Shown here: in pieces, positions 62,481 to 64,000 of the stretch
How positions within the stretch are numbered: the stretch's first letter is position 1
How the letters are laid out: each line of letters begins with the position of its first letter
From: Candidatus Melainabacteria bacterium
GTDB taxonomy: Bacteria > Cyanobacteriota > Vampirovibrionia > Obscuribacterales > Obscuribacteraceae
Direction: 5' to 3'
DNA length: 64,000 nt
Assembly (NCBI GenBank): GCA_003242885.1
Contig: QKMZ01000015.1
Location: forward strand, 269,568 to 333,567
Position numbers and translations under genes: made by a program
Notes under the pieces: generated by a model
The model's database searches: none
Seen by the model: only the letters and a program-made list of their open reading frames with translations
Told to the model about the DNA's origin: nothing

Positions 62481-64000
62481 ATGGGATTAAATCTGAAAAT
62501 CGGTCAGTACGGCTTGCTGGTGGCGCTGCTGCCGGTCTTCGTCGCTTTGCTGATTTTGGGATTTCTCGCGCTACAGCTTCAGGAATCTGAGAAGCAGGTT
62601 GAGCGGGAGAGGCAAGCCAAAACATTGATCATGGAGTCTTCCAACCTTCTTCAATGTTTGGACGAGATGAAGCGTGCACTTTCTGGTCTGGCGGAAAGCA
62701 ACGCGCCACTTTTCTCAATTGAGCTCCAAAAGAGGAAAGATCAGTTTGCCGGTTCGCTGAAGAAAATTGAGTCCGGGTTGGTTTCTGCTCCTCAAAAAGA
62801 AGCGTTTGTTCAATTGAAGAGTGCTGCGCTTTCTGCTGTTCAGGAGATTGATGAAACTCAAAAGGCACTCGCAACTGCGCCAAAGGAAGTAGTCGAGTTT
62901 CGCATGAAGGAATCCGACAGGCAGTTGCAGGCTTTGAGAAGCACCCTTAGCAGCAAGCAAGAAGCTTTTAGCAACGCGACTTCCGATATTCAGCAATCGA
63001 GTGCACAGCAAGGTGAAAGCAGTCGCCAGTTTGTGTGGTTAATTCTGCTTGTAGGAACTGTTGCGATGGTCGTTGTCGCTGTTGTTTTATCTCTGGGCTT
63101 TGCGCGTCGGATCACCGGACGATTGAGAATTCTCACTGACAATAGTTTTCGTATCGCCTCGAGAATGCCTCTAAACGAAAAGATGAAGGGCTCGGATGAA
63201 ATTTCTGAGTTGGATAAGAGTTTTCACTGGATGGCAAGTCAGCTCGAAGATTTGACGCGCAAAGAACGCGCGATGACAGAAAATGCTGTGGACGTCATTT
63301 GTTCGATCTCCGACGACGGCAATTTCCGCGAAGTCAATTCCGCTGCCATAAAATTTTGGGGATACAAACCGGAAGAACTACTTGGGCAAAAACTCATTTC
63401 ACTTGTTCGCGAGTCCGATAAAGAGAAGACATCTGAGATGTTTGCATCTGCAAAAAAAACTGGAGATCGAATCGAGCTAGAAAATGCGATTAAGCACAAA
63501 AATGGCAACTTCGTCGAAGTGCTCTGGAGTGGAAGTTGGTCATCAATCGATGGCGCGATGTTTTGTGTAGCTCACGATATAACCGAGAAAAAGCAGATTG
63601 AAAACCTCAAACGTGATTTCGTGAATATGGTCAGTCACGATTTGAGAACACCGCTGACTTCGATTCAAGCTTTTTTGGAAATGCTCTCTGCTGGGTTTTA
63701 TGACAGTACTCCAGAGAAGATGCACAGCAAGGCTAAATATTCAGAAGCGGATGTTGGTCGTTTGATTTCAATGATCAACAGTTTGCTTCAACTTGAAAAA
63801 ATGGAAGCTGGTCACATCGAAATCGTTGCTTCTCATACGCAAGTTGAAGATGTCATTGACAGGTCTTTCAATTCGGTTCAATCTCTTGCAGAACGTTCGA
63901 AAATTACGCTTGTTAAAGATATTTGTGATGCTGTAATCTTCGCGGACGAAGATCAGCTCATACAGGTTCTAGTCAATCTCTTGTCGAATGCAATCAAGTT
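62481..64000 (+). CDS. sensor histidine kinase, 5' portion (runs off the window; absent from the supplied ORF track)
   Basis: - My own translation from ATG 62481 is open to the window edge.
- MGLNLKIGQYGLLVALLPVFVALLILGF (TM1), then a helical sensor.
- FVWLILLVGTVAMVVVAVVLSLGF (TM2), then HAMP (DEISELDKSFHWMASQLEDL) and PAS.
- H-box VNMVSHDLRTPLTSI, and the N-box starts LVNLLSNAIK at the edge. Confidence 0.85.
   Translation, partial: MGLNLKIGQYGLLVALLPVFVALLILGFLALQLQESEKQVERERQAKTLIMESSNLLQCLDEMKRALSGLAESNAPLFSIELQKRKDQFAGSLKKIESGLVSAPQKEAFVQLKSAALSAVQEIDETQKALATAPKEVVEFRMKESDRQLQALRSTLSSKQEAFSNATSDIQQSSAQQGESSRQFVWLILLVGTVAMVVVAVVLSLGFARRITGRLRILTDNSFRIASRMPLNEKMKGSDEISELDKSFHWMASQLEDLTRKERAMTENAVDVICSISDDGNFREVNSAAIKFWGYKPEELLGQKLISLVRESDKEKTSEMFASAKKTGDRIELENAIKHKNGNFVEVLWSGSWSSIDGAMFCVAHDITEKKQIENLKRDFVNMVSHDLRTPLTSIQAFLEMLSAGFYDSTPEKMHSKAKYSEADVGRLISMINSLLQLEKMEAGHIEIVASHTQVEDVIDRSFNSVQSLAERSKITLVKDICDAVIFADEDQLIQVLVNLLSNAIK

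Noticed and set aside
61693-62625. The 310-aa version of the response regulator ORF.
   Set aside because: The 83 N-terminal residues have no REC similarity and overlap the divergent kinase gene and promoter. The canonical receiver starts at MAKLLIVEDD (62376).
62629-63725. Four minus-strand ORFs of 60-98 aa.
   Set aside because: They are antisense to the third histidine kinase gene. That gene is missing from the track only because it has no stop codon inside the window.

Overview
The window is a dense bacterial chromosomal segment with about 55 protein genes and one tRNA. I saw no rRNA, CRISPR array, transposase, integrase or phage genes, and I cannot assign a taxon from the sequence alone.

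Confident housekeeping calls:
- proB-proA, proC and a YbaK-type editing protein
- homogentisate 1,2-dioxygenase
- an NCS1 permease
- a PlsC-like acyltransferase
- MltG followed by a three-gene ABC-2 transporter
- a HIT protein
- a PEP-mutase/isocitrate-lyase family enzyme
- an HI0933-type flavoprotein
- an amidohydrolase
- tRNA-Glu(CUC)

The rest is signalling and envelope genes:
- three paralogous HAMP-PAS histidine kinases, one running off the 3' edge and absent from the ORF track
- two OmpR-type regulators
- a pseudoREC-Hpt-pseudoREC-REC-GGDEF cyclase
- three Ser/Thr-kinase-like proteins that have all lost the HRD catalytic Asp
- many TPR proteins
- LemA and two DUF2207 paralogs
- a large HerA/FtsK-like ATPase

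Observations most worth following up:
1. A three-member family of ATPase-less proteins built from MshEN/T2SSE_N-like repeats. These match the published c-di-GMP-binding motif. Two members share an unknown N-domain and a P/G/Y/Q-rich spacer, and one heads a gene string that ends in the GGDEF cyclase.
2. A dispersed 21-nt palindromic repeat family with compensatory arm changes. One copy block sits in frame inside a histidine-kinase ATPase domain.
3. A 1.1-kb gene-free region with a roughly 41-nt periodic CCTCC/GGAGG array.
4. An NDH-2 fused to cNMP-binding and CBS domains.
5. A LemA-RR-HK-TPR operon divergent from DUF2207.

All functional inferences come from motif reading by eye. They need profile searches and experiments.
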